A stretch of 64,000 nt of DNA from Alphaproteobacteria bacterium (GTDB lineage Bacteria; Pseudomonadota; Alphaproteobacteria; GM7ARS4; G965262615). Shown here piece by piece: positions 1 to 9,678 of this stretch. Every line of letters starts with the position of its first letter. Position 1 is the first letter of the stretch. The stretch is from NCBI GenBank assembly GCA_965262615.1, contig OZ253545.1:1088001-1152000 (forward strand). Direction: 5' to 3'. The notes under the pieces are model-generated. The model did no database searches. It was not told the DNA's origin and saw only the letters and a program-made list of their open reading frames with translations. A program made the translations under genes and the position numbers.

Positions 1-8
1 AAAGAGCG

Positions 9-1070
9 ATGAGCGACCGTCTCGGACATTTTCGCAAATTGCGAGACCTCCACGAAGTCTGGAGCAATGGCAAACCAGATTTTGTCAACTGGCTCTGTGA
101 GGGGGATCATATTGATGTCATTGGTCATGCCATTGGCATGAACCTGCAGTTGCAGTCACGCTCCGATGACACCAACACACATGACCAATTTATTGATTTA
201 ATCTGTCGTGGCAATGATGGTGATGTCACACGAGACAAGGCGGTGTTGATTGCTGTCACGCTGGATTTATCCCTTGATGCCCATGTGGGCAAGGTGCTTG
301 ATGCCGTTCACGACATAGAGGAGGGGGTTGCGGTGTGGCTGGCTGCCCCCTTTACCATGAGTCATCGCCATGCTTTGCGTCAGCTCAATCGCATTACCAA
401 AGATGGATTATCGTTCTTTGGTGTTGAGGTGACTTTGTGGTGCATCAATAATTCGGAGCCCGCTCTGTGGATGGATGTGGTGGCAAAACCCGATGAGTGG
501 CATGTGCCCGTCACGCCATTGCATGAGCAAAAAAAAGACAAAGTGGAGGCAAAAAACAAACCAAAGGAGAAGGGGAGGGAGGAGAAGACAATTGAAAAAA
601 GCACACCGTCTGAGGATGAAGAGTCTTCGCAAATGGTGTATTGGCGTGTCTTGAGGAATTATGCTCACCAGCAAAATGACTTTTTACTGTCGCCCATGGA
701 CGATGACAATCCATCACAAGTGTTGTTTGATATTGGCTCGCACCACTTTGTTTTTGTGGTCACCATGAATGAGCCTCAGTCGTTGTTGATTGTGTCATTG
801 GTGTGTCATGGGGCTCGCTCTCATGAATTGTTCAGGGGGCTGTGCCGGTCTCGTCAAAAGATTGAATGGGAGCTGGGCATGAGTTTGCACTGGGGCACGC
901 ATGATGCCGAGCGCAATGAGGGGCGCGTCTCATTGCACAAAGAGGGGGTCAATGTGATGAATCGTGATGGCTGGCAGGAGCAATACAGCTGGCTGATGGC
1001 GAGTCTTGCGTCATTGGAGCGGGTGTTTCGCCCGTATATTCGCCTTTTGGAATCAAAGAATAATTCATAG
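9..1070 (+). CDS. DUF4268-type protein (divergent nuclease-like N-terminus, charged linker, DUF4268-like C-terminus)
   Basis: 353-aa ORF; LRDLHEVW..DFVNWL, IDLIC, HVGKVL, VWLA..F, FFGVEV and C-terminal IEWELG..LHW / W..QYSWL..LERVF resemble this family, recalled from memory; the usual E-x-Q motif is not seen. Confidence 0.6.
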   Translation: MSDRLGHFRKLRDLHEVWSNGKPDFVNWLCEGDHIDVIGHAIGMNLQLQSRSDDTNTHDQFIDLICRGNDGDVTRDKAVLIAVTLDLSLDAHVGKVLDAVHDIEEGVAVWLAAPFTMSHRHALRQLNRITKDGLSFFGVEVTLWCINNSEPALWMDVVAKPDEWHVPVTPLHEQKKDKVEAKNKPKEKGREEKTIEKSTPSEDEESSQMVYWRVLRNYAHQQNDFLLSPMDDDNPSQVLFDIGSHHFVFVVTMNEPQSLLIVSLVCHGARSHELFRGLCRSRQKIEWELGMSLHWGTHDAERNEGRVSLHKEGVNVMNRDGWQEQYSWLMASLASLERVFRPYIRLLESKNNS

Positions 1071-1088
1071 ATGTCCCGTGTGATTGCC

Positions 1089-1116
1089 AAATGTGATAAT
1101 TGTTATTATGTTAAAT
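1089..1116 (+). other. dif-like XerCD recombination site
   Basis: AAATGTGATAA-TTGTTA-TTATGTTAAAT: 11-6-11 layout, right arm identical to the E. coli XerD arm TTATGTTAAAT, left arm ends ATAA; intergenic between convergent genes. Confidence 0.75.
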
Positions 1117-1206
1117 AACAATTATCAACTCACAACAATGACAATTATCAACTCACAACAATAACAATTATCAACTCACAACAATGACAATTATCAACTC
1201 ACATCA
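1115..1206. repeat. 23-bp tandem repeat x4 (ATRACAATTATCAACTCACAACA)
   Basis: Units start at 1115, 1138, 1161, 1184, alternating ATA/ATG; no spacers. Confidence 0.95.
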
Positions 1207-2352
1207 CAACAATGACACAATGGTGTTGGCGGCGGTGGTGCTGGGATGCTCATGGGGATTGACAACCATGCGGCGAATTTGTTGTGCCATGGCGTTTTTT
1301 TGGGCGCGCCGCTTGGCTTCACTGTGCAATAATGATGAGACGGCTGAGGCAATAGAATCTGGACGGCAATGGGAAAATAAGAATTCGGGAATAATTTCGT
1401 CATCCGCCATGATGTTCAACAAGCTGGCATAGCGCACCCGCACCATGAGACGCACAATCCATTCGGTCATCCGATCGCCACCATAAACAATCACATGCGG
1501 CACGCCGTGTGCCCCCAGCTCCACACTGACCGTTCCCGAGACCGCCAGAGCCATGTCGGCTGCTGCAAACAAATTGGCGCGTTTCTCATGAGATGCCACC
1601 GTCAATGAGTGAATTTCCGATGCGTCATAATTACCAAGGATATCACGACAATGTTTTTCCATGCCTGATGCCACCATCATCACGGCATGAAGTTTGCGTC
1701 CTTTGGGCAATTGTCGTGCGACCAATGACACCGCCTGCAGCATTGTTTTGCCGTTGGTGCGAATTTCCTGTCGCCGAGAACCCGGACACAACAAGAGCGT
1801 GAGAGCATCATTGTCGGTGGGGTGTGTGCGGTGAGCGTTGCCATCTTTCCACGCCGCAGGATGTCCCACATAGTGACAATTCAGTCCGTGCGGGGTGAAA
1901 TAGTCATTTTCAAAGGGCAGCAGTGTCAAAAGGTCGTCATAGAGGCGCGCCATTGTGGCGGCGCGTCCCTTCTTCCACGCCCAAACAGTCGGGGCAACAT
2001 AATGAACAAGATGAATATGCTCTCCCTTTTCGTGTCGCCGAATGGCCTTGGCAAGACGCATATTGAAACTGGGGGCATCAATGGTGAGCACCATGGCGGG
2101 ACGCTGAGTGACAATGGCGTGTGCCGTCTCATCAATGCGCGCCAGCAAGCGTTTGAGATGAGGCAATAGCTGAAAAAATCCCATCACCGCCAGCTCCTCG
2201 CCTTTGAAAAGACTGTGCTGCAATCCCGCTCGCCGCATCAAGGGTCCGCCCACACCCGTGATGAAGCAGTGGTCTTGTAATGATTCTATGAGGCGCGCGC
2301 CCAATAAATCGCCTGATGCCTCGCCCGCCACCATGAAGCATGTTTTTGTCAT
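1204..2352 (-). CDS. lpxB: lipid-A-disaccharide synthase
   Basis: AGEASGDLLG, TIDAPSFN, HYVAPTVWAW, VGHP, PGSR motifs; operon position. Confidence 0.95.
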   Translation of the reverse strand: MTKTCFMVAGEASGDLLGARLIESLQDHCFITGVGGPLMRRAGLQHSLFKGEELAVMGFFQLLPHLKRLLARIDETAHAIVTQRPAMVLTIDAPSFNMRLAKAIRRHEKGEHIHLVHYVAPTVWAWKKGRAATMARLYDDLLTLLPFENDYFTPHGLNCHYVGHPAAWKDGNAHRTHPTDNDALTLLLCPGSRRQEIRTNGKTMLQAVSLVARQLPKGRKLHAVMMVASGMEKHCRDILGNYDASEIHSLTVASHEKRANLFAAADMALAVSGTVSVELGAHGVPHVIVYGGDRMTEWIVRLMVRVRYASLLNIMADDEIIPEFLFSHCRPDSIASAVSSLLHSEAKRRAQKNAMAQQIRRMVVNPHEHPSTTAANTIVSLL

Positions 2353-3188
2353 GACGAAAAAGGTGCAAAGGTGGTGATGAACAGACCATGTCGCTCACAC
2401 AGTGCCATCACCGCCGTCTCATCCAAAACAATGACGCCCCCCTCCTCCAGAGCCAAGCCATCAATGCCCGCGCGCACGCAATGAGTGATGGTGGACACAC
2501 CAATGGTGGGTAAATCCACTCGTTCGTCCTGATCTTTCTTCTTGAACTTGAAAAAAACGCCCCCCCTGCCCTTACGCAACAACCGCTTGCAACGCTTGAT
2601 GAGCTCATCAGTGCCTTCCAACCCTTCCACCGCCACCACTTGACCTTGTTGCACGATGATGGATTGTCCGATGTCTGCCGCACTCACATGACGCACCGCC
2701 TCCAATCCCGCCGCAATATCGGATTTATAGTTGGATGGATAGAAGCCGTTATTGTAGAAGTTGTGCTGCACCATTAGTTCCTCACCAACAATATTTTTTA
2801 CCCCTAATACTTTGAATCCTTCTTGTTCCATCTGGTGAATGATGAGACGCAGCAGGTGGTCATCGCCTCGTCCTTTTGTGAGAATTTTTTTTGCCAGCTG
2901 CCATGTGGCGCGATCCCACCTGGTCATGGAGAGCAATGACGGACGGCGCACCGCACCCGCCATCACCAATTGTGTCACCCCCGCCTCTTTAGTCTTTCGC
3001 AATGCCGAGACAATGGCAGTGAGTGACACCCAGCGAGCATTGTCATTCAATTGGGACACGCGTTTTTTGTCACAATATCCTCGCAATGCCAGAACATGAC
3101 ACACCCTGTCGCGCCGTGCGGCATCATAGAGTCGCCACGGCAAATCGCCTTTGCCGGCAATGATGCATAGAGGCGGATGACGGCTCAT
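2349..3188 (-). CDS. lpxI: UDP-2,3-diacylglucosamine diphosphatase LpxI
   Basis: IIAGKGDLP, DIGQS, AVEGLEGTD, QDERVDLPTIG; start moved to ATG 3188 overlapping the lpxA stop. Confidence 0.92.
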   Translation of the reverse strand: MSRHPPLCIIAGKGDLPWRLYDAARRDRVCHVLALRGYCDKKRVSQLNDNARWVSLTAIVSALRKTKEAGVTQLVMAGAVRRPSLLSMTRWDRATWQLAKKILTKGRGDDHLLRLIIHQMEQEGFKVLGVKNIVGEELMVQHNFYNNGFYPSNYKSDIAAGLEAVRHVSAADIGQSIIVQQGQVVAVEGLEGTDELIKRCKRLLRKGRGGVFFKFKKKDQDERVDLPTIGVSTITHCVRAGIDGLALEEGGVIVLDETAVMALCERHGLFITTFAPFSS

Positions 3189-4006
3189 GCAGACGCGGCT
3201 GGCATGCACATTCCTTGCCGTGCCACTTTGGGATGATTTTGTATTGCCGTGATAAATTGCAAAACCAACGACACCAATGTCTTCTTGCCAAATCTTTGTT
3301 GCACTTGAGCGACACGCTCCTCCCATGAGTCATCGCCTTTTGTGTCGTCAAACAGCATGCCATAGGCATGGCGCAGTGCGTGAATGTCATCGCGGGTAAA
3401 GTCTCTGCGGCGCAATCCCACAAGATTGAGTCCAATCAGTTCCGCGGGGCTGCCCAGTGCCATGCCGCACGGAATCACATGATTGCGCACCCCACAATTG
3501 CCCGAAATCATGGCATGGCTGCCAATATGAATGTATTGATGAATCGCCGCCAATCCGCCAATAAAAGCATGGTCTCCCACCTCCACATGTCCGCCCAGTG
3601 TGGCATTGTTTGCCATCATCACATGATTGCCAATGTGACAATCATGCGCCACATGACAGCCCACCATCAGCAAGCAATGATCGCCCACGCTGGTCTTCAT
3701 TCCGCCGCTTTGCGTGCCCGTATGGATGGTCACATGCTCGCGAATGGTGCAGTGAGCTCCGACGGTCAATTGGGATTTCTCACCTTGATACTTCACATCC
3801 TGCGGCGGCAAGCCAACGGCACTAAAGGGATACAGCTGCGTATCATGTTTGATGTGCGTCCGACCATCAACCACCACATGAGAATGAAGGGTCACCCGCT
3901 TTTCTAAATGGACATCATCTCCCACGACACAATAAGCACCAATGGTGACATCGTCCTCAATGTGTGCCTTTGAACTGACCTGAGCTTGAGGATGAATCTG
4001 AGTCAT
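3185..4006 (-). CDS. lpxA: UDP-N-acetylglucosamine O-acyltransferase
   Basis: Hexapeptide repeats, PQDVKY, HVAHDC, GLNLVGLRR. Confidence 0.96.
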   Translation of the reverse strand: MTQIHPQAQVSSKAHIEDDVTIGAYCVVGDDVHLEKRVTLHSHVVVDGRTHIKHDTQLYPFSAVGLPPQDVKYQGEKSQLTVGAHCTIREHVTIHTGTQSGGMKTSVGDHCLLMVGCHVAHDCHIGNHVMMANNATLGGHVEVGDHAFIGGLAAIHQYIHIGSHAMISGNCGVRNHVIPCGMALGSPAELIGLNLVGLRRRDFTRDDIHALRHAYGMLFDDTKGDDSWEERVAQVQQRFGKKTLVSLVLQFITAIQNHPKVARQGMCMPAASA

Positions 4007-4491
4007 AAATCGTCATCGGAAAGAACGGCTGTGAATTCAGCAGATGCCGCGGTGTTTCCTGATTGTTTGATAATCACCTCTCCCGTATAACGCCATATCT
4101 GTCTGCGATTGAAGACTTGCTTGACATGCAGCAATAATTGATTCCCTGGTTGAACAACATGGCGAAAGCGTGCCTTATCCACTGAAGCAAGAAAGGTATT
4201 TTTCCACATTTTTTGTTTGGTTTGTTCCAGACTGTAATGGACACTTGCCGCGGCAGTCTGAGCGAGAGCCTCCACCATCAGTACGCCCGGAAAGATGGGT
4301 TGTTGGGGAAAATGTCCTTGAAAAAAAGGCTCGTTGCTGGAGACATTTTTGACTCCTGTGGCTCGTTCAAACAAGACCAAATCCTCAATGTAATCCACCA
4401 TCAAGAACGGATAGCGATGAGGGATGTATCGCCGAATGTCTTCATTGGTCATTGAGTGTATTTTTTCTTTTGTCACTGTCGCCTCGTCCAT
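4003..4491 (-). CDS. fabZ: 3-hydroxyacyl-ACP dehydratase
   Basis: IPHRYPFLMVD, NEPFFQGHFP, PGVLMVEALAQ; start at 4491 or 4452. Confidence 0.95.
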   Translation of the reverse strand: MDEATVTKEKIHSMTNEDIRRYIPHRYPFLMVDYIEDLVLFERATGVKNVSSNEPFFQGHFPQQPIFPGVLMVEALAQTAAASVHYSLEQTKQKMWKNTFLASVDKARFRHVVQPGNQLLLHVKQVFNRRQIWRYTGEVIIKQSGNTAASAEFTAVLSDDDL

Positions 4492-5519
4492 TTTTTGAGG
4501 ATGGCAGATTGTCTGTGCCATTGTGTCACAGGGACGGCAGGAATACCACCCACTTTGCCCCCCGCAGGGACATCTCTCATGAGTCCCGACTTGGCGGCAA
4601 TGTATGCGCCCGTTCCAATGGACAAATGCCCGGCAACGCCCACCTGTCCGCCCAGCATGGCAAAATCTCCCACCGTGGTGCTGCCCGATATGCCCACCTG
4701 CGATGCCAAAATACAGCCGCGTCCCAAGCACACATTGTGGGCAATCTGCACAAGATTATCAATGCGACAGCCATCCCCAATGACGGTATCCTTCACACTG
4801 CCGCGCGCAATGGTGGTGTTTGCTCCAATGACGCAATCATCACCGATGGTCACACGCCCAATTTGCGGCATGTCCCGATAGCGTCCGGTTTTGTGATCAA
4901 TGGCAAAGCCAAATCCAGCCTCGCCAATGCGCGCTCCCGCCTGCACCCGCACATGATGTCCCATCACCGTGTGCTGAATATGAGCCTGCACACCAATGTG
5001 ACAGTGGTCACCCATGCACACCCCATCCCCAATGATTGCCTGTGGAGCAATGGCACAGTGCTTGCCCATGCACACATTTTTGCCAATCACCGCCCCCGTG
5101 CCAATGACGCACCCCTCTCCCATTGTCACCGATGGATGAATGGTGGCTTGACCGTCTGTCACCGTGATATGAGTGGCAGTGCGTTCATAATCTGGATAAA
5201 ATCGCCGCGCCAGCTGGGCACAGTGCCAGTAGGGATTATCACTCACCAGCACTGCCATATGAGATGGTGCGTGCTTCGCCATATCCTGCCTCACAATGCA
5301 CACCGAAGCCTTGCTGTGCTTCAATTGGTCGCTGTAGCGTTGGTTATCCAGAAATGACAGCTCCCCCTTGCCAGCAGTCTCTAAAGGAGCAATGCCGTCA
5401 ATGAGCTGTGTGCCATCAGCACCGTCTGTCAGAGGCAAGCCAGCCCACTGAGCCAGCTGCTCTAATGAAAAAGGACCTGCCGATTGAAAAAAATCATTGC
5501 GACCACCATCTTTCGTCAT
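4473..5519 (-). CDS. lpxD: UDP-3-O-acylglucosamine N-acyltransferase
   Basis: Hexapeptide repeats, GFGFA, IDNLVQIAHNV. Confidence 0.96.
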   Translation of the reverse strand: MTKDGGRNDFFQSAGPFSLEQLAQWAGLPLTDGADGTQLIDGIAPLETAGKGELSFLDNQRYSDQLKHSKASVCIVRQDMAKHAPSHMAVLVSDNPYWHCAQLARRFYPDYERTATHITVTDGQATIHPSVTMGEGCVIGTGAVIGKNVCMGKHCAIAPQAIIGDGVCMGDHCHIGVQAHIQHTVMGHHVRVQAGARIGEAGFGFAIDHKTGRYRDMPQIGRVTIGDDCVIGANTTIARGSVKDTVIGDGCRIDNLVQIAHNVCLGRGCILASQVGISGSTTVGDFAMLGGQVGVAGHLSIGTGAYIAAKSGLMRDVPAGGKVGGIPAVPVTQWHRQSAILKKWTRRQ

Positions 5520-5555
5520 CGCATGAACTCAATTCGCGCGTCCTTGATGCCTTCT

Positions 5556-6197
5556 TTATCCTTGTGGGGGATTTTGACTTTCTTCCAGCAAGCGTTGCGC
5601 TTCCTCCATGTCCAGTCCCATTTCAGGAAGTTGGTCATCCAGCCGCTCCAGCACCATGTCGGTGATGTCCATTTCCTTGCTGAAGAACTGCACCCGTTCG
5701 CGATCCAAGACCAAATTGATGTTGGATTGCAACGCAATCTTTTGCGTGATTTCTAAAATCTTGGCATTGATTTTGAACAGTGCCGCTCGCAGAGCCAAAT
5801 CCAGCTGCTGTCCTCGAAATTCGCCCTCCTTATTGAATGAGCGGACGCGCTCTTCCCAGTCACGAATTTTTGCCTGCAGGGCGGCATCAGAGGAGATTTT
5901 GCTTTTGCGTTCCAAATTTTTCTTCTCGTCTTCCAGCTTGTCTTGTTTTTTGGCGATTTCATCACGAATGGAGCGTCGCAAAGAATCGGCTTCTTCCAGA
6001 GTCCCTTGAGCCGCTTTGGATTTGGTGATGATGGTTTTGGTATCAATAATGGCGAGATTGACCAACGGCGCATTAAAAATCCATTCCGATTCGGGCGCCC
6101 GCTTGAGCTCATCGTCCTGCGCGATCACAGGTGACACCGTGCCCATAAGCAAAGACACCATCATAAAGACACTCATACGACTCAAACGCATTGTCAA
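5556..6197 (-). CDS. skp: OmpH/Skp periplasmic chaperone
   Basis: Signal peptide, coiled coil, DITDMVL C-terminus; between bamA and lpxD; start may be 6191. Confidence 0.8.
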   Translation of the reverse strand: MTMRLSRMSVFMMVSLLMGTVSPVIAQDDELKRAPESEWIFNAPLVNLAIIDTKTIITKSKAAQGTLEEADSLRRSIRDEIAKKQDKLEDEKKNLERKSKISSDAALQAKIRDWEERVRSFNKEGEFRGQQLDLALRAALFKINAKILEITQKIALQSNINLVLDRERVQFFSKEMDITDMVLERLDDQLPEMGLDMEEAQRLLEESQNPPQG

Positions 6198-6320
6198 AAC
6201 TCCTTATTTCAAAGATTATGTGAGTCAAACCGCCGAAACAAAACAACACAATCGCTTCAGCAGTCGGTGCAGAATTACCCATTCCCATGATGTTTGTCAA
6301 GACAAGGAAGGTGCTTTATT

Positions 6321-8585
6321 TTAGAAATTCGTCCCCACAGTGAAAATAAAGCGTCTTGTCTCGTCCAAATAATACTTTTTCAGTGGAAAGGCATAATAAA
6401 GACGCAAAGGACCCAATGGCGAATCCCACGCAATGCCGAGTCCCACACTGGTGCGCAAGAAATGATCATCAAAGACAAAAATGCTGGCATTATCCACCTG
6501 ATGCAATGAGCCTAAATCAAAAAAGATTCGTCCCTCCATGCCCACCGCCTCAGGCAAGCCCAATGGAAAAGATTGCTCAATCTGGACGGTGTAGAAAGTA
6601 TTGCCGCCCAGTGAGTCACGCTGAACGATGTTGCGGGGTCCCACGCCGTAGAAATCAAATCCTCTGAGATCATCGCCGCCCAAGTAAAAGCGATCCTGCA
6701 CCTCAACGATCTCGCCGCCATAGGCGACAATATGCCCAAAGCGAACATTAATCCCCGTGACCCATTCAGGGGTGAAATTTTGATACAATCCCAGTGTTCC
6801 TGTGAATCGGGTGAATCTGACATTACCGCCAATGCCCGCCAGTTCAACCGATGCACTGCTGTTGTATCCTTGTGTGGGCTTGCGAAAACTGTCTCTTTGG
6901 TCAATGGAAAGAGTCTGTTTGATGGAAGACTTATTGCGCCCGCCTGCACTGTCCAATATGGATTGTGACCTGGTGGTGATGTCAAAAATCTTGGAGTTTT
7001 CAAAAATATACGCCCAGCTCTGACGCACATCGCCAAGCAAACGATAGCCAGAGACAATGTTACCGCCAATCAGTCGCCGCTTATAGCCACTTTCGGCTTG
7101 ATAGTCGTAGGTGGTGTAGTACACATTTGATCCCAGACTGATATTTTTACCCATGAAATAGGGTTCGGTGAATCCAATATCGTAACTGATACGGCGATCG
7201 GAATAGGTGAAGCCAAAATTGAGCTTTTGATTGCGTCCCAGAAAGTTGCGCTCACTGATTTGGGCATTGGACAAAAATCCATCATTAGATGAATAGCCCG
7301 CACTGATAGAAAATTCTCCGGTGCGTGCTTCCTTGACCTCAATATCAATGACCTCCCTGTCGGGCACATCGGTGGGACGAGAGGCAATGGAGACATCGGA
7401 AAAAATTCCCAGCACCTGCAGTCGCTGACGAGAACGGCGCGCCAGTTCGGCATTGAGAGCATCCCCTTCACTGATGAGAATCTCGCGGCGAATGACCTCC
7501 TCCACCGTGCGATTGTTGCCCTTGATATTGATGCGACTGACAAAAAATCGTCCACTCTCATTGATGTTATAAACAATTTTAACCTTATTGTCCTCAGGCA
7601 GTCGTTCGGTGAGGGGATCAATTTCCACAAATCCGTAGCCCGCCTCTCGGGCGTGATCCACCATGCGGGCAATGGTGTCTTCAATATCCGATTCCCTGAA
7701 CCAGTTGCCCGCTCTGTGAGAGAAATCCTCACTAAAATCAACCCCCTTGAGCTCGGGTAGATTGTTTTCAAAGGTGATGGATTCAATCTCGTACCGCTCG
7801 CCCTCTTGCACCACAAAGGTGATGATGAATTCGTTTTGGTCGGGGGTCAGTTCGGCGGTGGCGGAAATGACGCGAAAATCAAGGTATCCTTCTTCTCGAT
7901 AGAATCGCCGCAACAGCTCTTGATCATAACGCACTCGTTCAGGGTCGTAGACATCGTTGGAGGCAAAAAACAGATACCACCGAGCCTCGCGATTAAAAAT
8001 CACTTCTTTGAGACGGTCATCGGAAAATCGCTCATTGCCGATAAAATTGATGCTTTCAATGGTGGCGGCTTTGCCCTCATCAATGACAAATTCCAAATCA
8101 ACGCGATTTTGCGCGAGATTAATGCGTTTGGGACTCACCGTTGCCGCATAGTATCCTTGAGAGCGGTATAAATCCAACAGGCGTTTGACCGCCCTTTGAA
8201 TACGCGTCTTGTTATACACATCACGGGGTTTGAGCGCGACCGCATCGCGCAAGTCTTCTTCATCCACATCATCTTGTCCCACAAAGGCAACGCGGCGAAT
8301 GACCGGATTCTCTCGCAATTGAATCACCAGCACCTCGGCATCAATGGTGACGCGTATGTCATCAAACAGTTCGGTCTCATAGAGTTTTTTCAGCACGTCG
8401 GCGGCGGTCTCACTGTTGAATTCATCGCCTCGTTGCAGCCCTGTGTAGGTGATGACGGCATCATCGGTGAGGCGCGAATTGCCGCTAATGACAATATCCA
8501 GCAGTGTGCCTTGACTTTGCCCCAAGACACCATGGGTGCCGACCATGAACAGCATCCCCACACACAAAAGCACACGCCGGATCAT
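6321..8585 (-). CDS. bamA: outer membrane assembly factor BamA
   Basis: POTRA repeats, LRGF, SPLGPL, terminal F; start at ATG 8585 preferred. Confidence 0.96.
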   Translation of the reverse strand: MIRRVLLCVGMLFMVGTHGVLGQSQGTLLDIVISGNSRLTDDAVITYTGLQRGDEFNSETAADVLKKLYETELFDDIRVTIDAEVLVIQLRENPVIRRVAFVGQDDVDEEDLRDAVALKPRDVYNKTRIQRAVKRLLDLYRSQGYYAATVSPKRINLAQNRVDLEFVIDEGKAATIESINFIGNERFSDDRLKEVIFNREARWYLFFASNDVYDPERVRYDQELLRRFYREEGYLDFRVISATAELTPDQNEFIITFVVQEGERYEIESITFENNLPELKGVDFSEDFSHRAGNWFRESDIEDTIARMVDHAREAGYGFVEIDPLTERLPEDNKVKIVYNINESGRFFVSRINIKGNNRTVEEVIRREILISEGDALNAELARRSRQRLQVLGIFSDVSIASRPTDVPDREVIDIEVKEARTGEFSISAGYSSNDGFLSNAQISERNFLGRNQKLNFGFTYSDRRISYDIGFTEPYFMGKNISLGSNVYYTTYDYQAESGYKRRLIGGNIVSGYRLLGDVRQSWAYIFENSKIFDITTRSQSILDSAGGRNKSSIKQTLSIDQRDSFRKPTQGYNSSASVELAGIGGNVRFTRFTGTLGLYQNFTPEWVTGINVRFGHIVAYGGEIVEVQDRFYLGGDDLRGFDFYGVGPRNIVQRDSLGGNTFYTVQIEQSFPLGLPEAVGMEGRIFFDLGSLHQVDNASIFVFDDHFLRTSVGLGIAWDSPLGPLRLYYAFPLKKYYLDETRRFIFTVGTNF

Positions 8586-8586
8586 A

Positions 8587-9669
8587 TCAACCGTTCCACC
8601 AGCGCATGGTATCATTCCATGTCACATATAAAAACAGCGTGAGGACAAAGAGGATACCCAGACCTTGAATTTTATAAAGAAATTCCTCGCTCAAAGGTCG
8701 CCGTCTGACGGCTTCAATGGAGGTGAAGAGAATGTGTCCGCCGTCTAATGGCGGCAGTGGCAGCAGATTGAAAATGGCAAGATTGATGGAGATGAATGCC
8801 ATCCAGTGAACGAGGGTGTCAAATCCTCTCTCCCAGCGGTCACCTGAGATTTGCGCGATTTGGACGGGTCCCCCCAATTGATCCAATGTGCGGCTGCCAC
8901 TGATCAATTCCCCCAAAGCGTTCAGCACGGCACTAAACATTGCCACACTTTGGGTGACCGACATGCCCAATGCCTCGCTGACATCAAGGGGGCGGCTTGT
9001 CCATTCACTGCCAATGACACCCAGCATGGGTCGAGGTTGCGACTCCCCTTCGGGTTGCATCATGCGTGGGGCGAGGCGAAATTTCATCTCGGTGTTGTCT
9101 CGCAAGACACGCACATCCATGGGCAGTCCTTCTTGCCACTCATCCACCTCAGATAAATCGGCAAAGCTGTTGATGGGCATGCTATTGATGCTGACGAAGC
9201 GGTCGCCTTTTTGCAATCCCGCCTCTTGTGCCGCACTGTCCTCCATGACATCGCTAATCACGGGACTCAGAAAATGCTCGCCGCTCACCAAGAGCAGCAT
9301 GAGAAGCAATCCCCACGCCGCCACCAGATTGGCAAGGGGCCCTGCCAATAAAATCATGATGCGCTGATGGGCTTTTTTGCCGTGAAAACTTTTTTGTTTT
9401 TCTTCCAAGGAGAGATTTTTTTTCAGTCTGCCACTGGTCTCGTCCATATCGCCAAAGAAGCGCACATAGCCACCCAAAGGCACGAGAGCAAACCGCCACC
9501 GAGTACCATGACGGTCATGAAAGCCATAGATTTCCCGTCCAAAGCCGATGGAAAAGACCTCCACCGCCACGCCGTAAAAACGAGCAACGATGTAGTGTCC
9601 CCATTCGTGCACAAACACCAAAAAGGACAGCACCACAATAAAGGGCAGAAGGGCACTCAGAAAATCCAT
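8587..9669 (-). CDS. rseP: RIP metalloprotease RseP
   Basis: HEWGH, PDZ region, NLLPLPPLDGG. Confidence 0.95.
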   Translation of the reverse strand: MDFLSALLPFIVVLSFLVFVHEWGHYIVARFYGVAVEVFSIGFGREIYGFHDRHGTRWRFALVPLGGYVRFFGDMDETSGRLKKNLSLEEKQKSFHGKKAHQRIMILLAGPLANLVAAWGLLLMLLLVSGEHFLSPVISDVMEDSAAQEAGLQKGDRFVSINSMPINSFADLSEVDEWQEGLPMDVRVLRDNTEMKFRLAPRMMQPEGESQPRPMLGVIGSEWTSRPLDVSEALGMSVTQSVAMFSAVLNALGELISGSRTLDQLGGPVQIAQISGDRWERGFDTLVHWMAFISINLAIFNLLPLPPLDGGHILFTSIEAVRRRPLSEEFLYKIQGLGILFVLTLFLYVTWNDTMRWWNG

Positions 9670-9678
9670 GATAGACTC

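Noticed and set aside
1115-1206. Possible CRISPR array
   Set aside because: Units are contiguous with no unique spacers and no cas genes are present.
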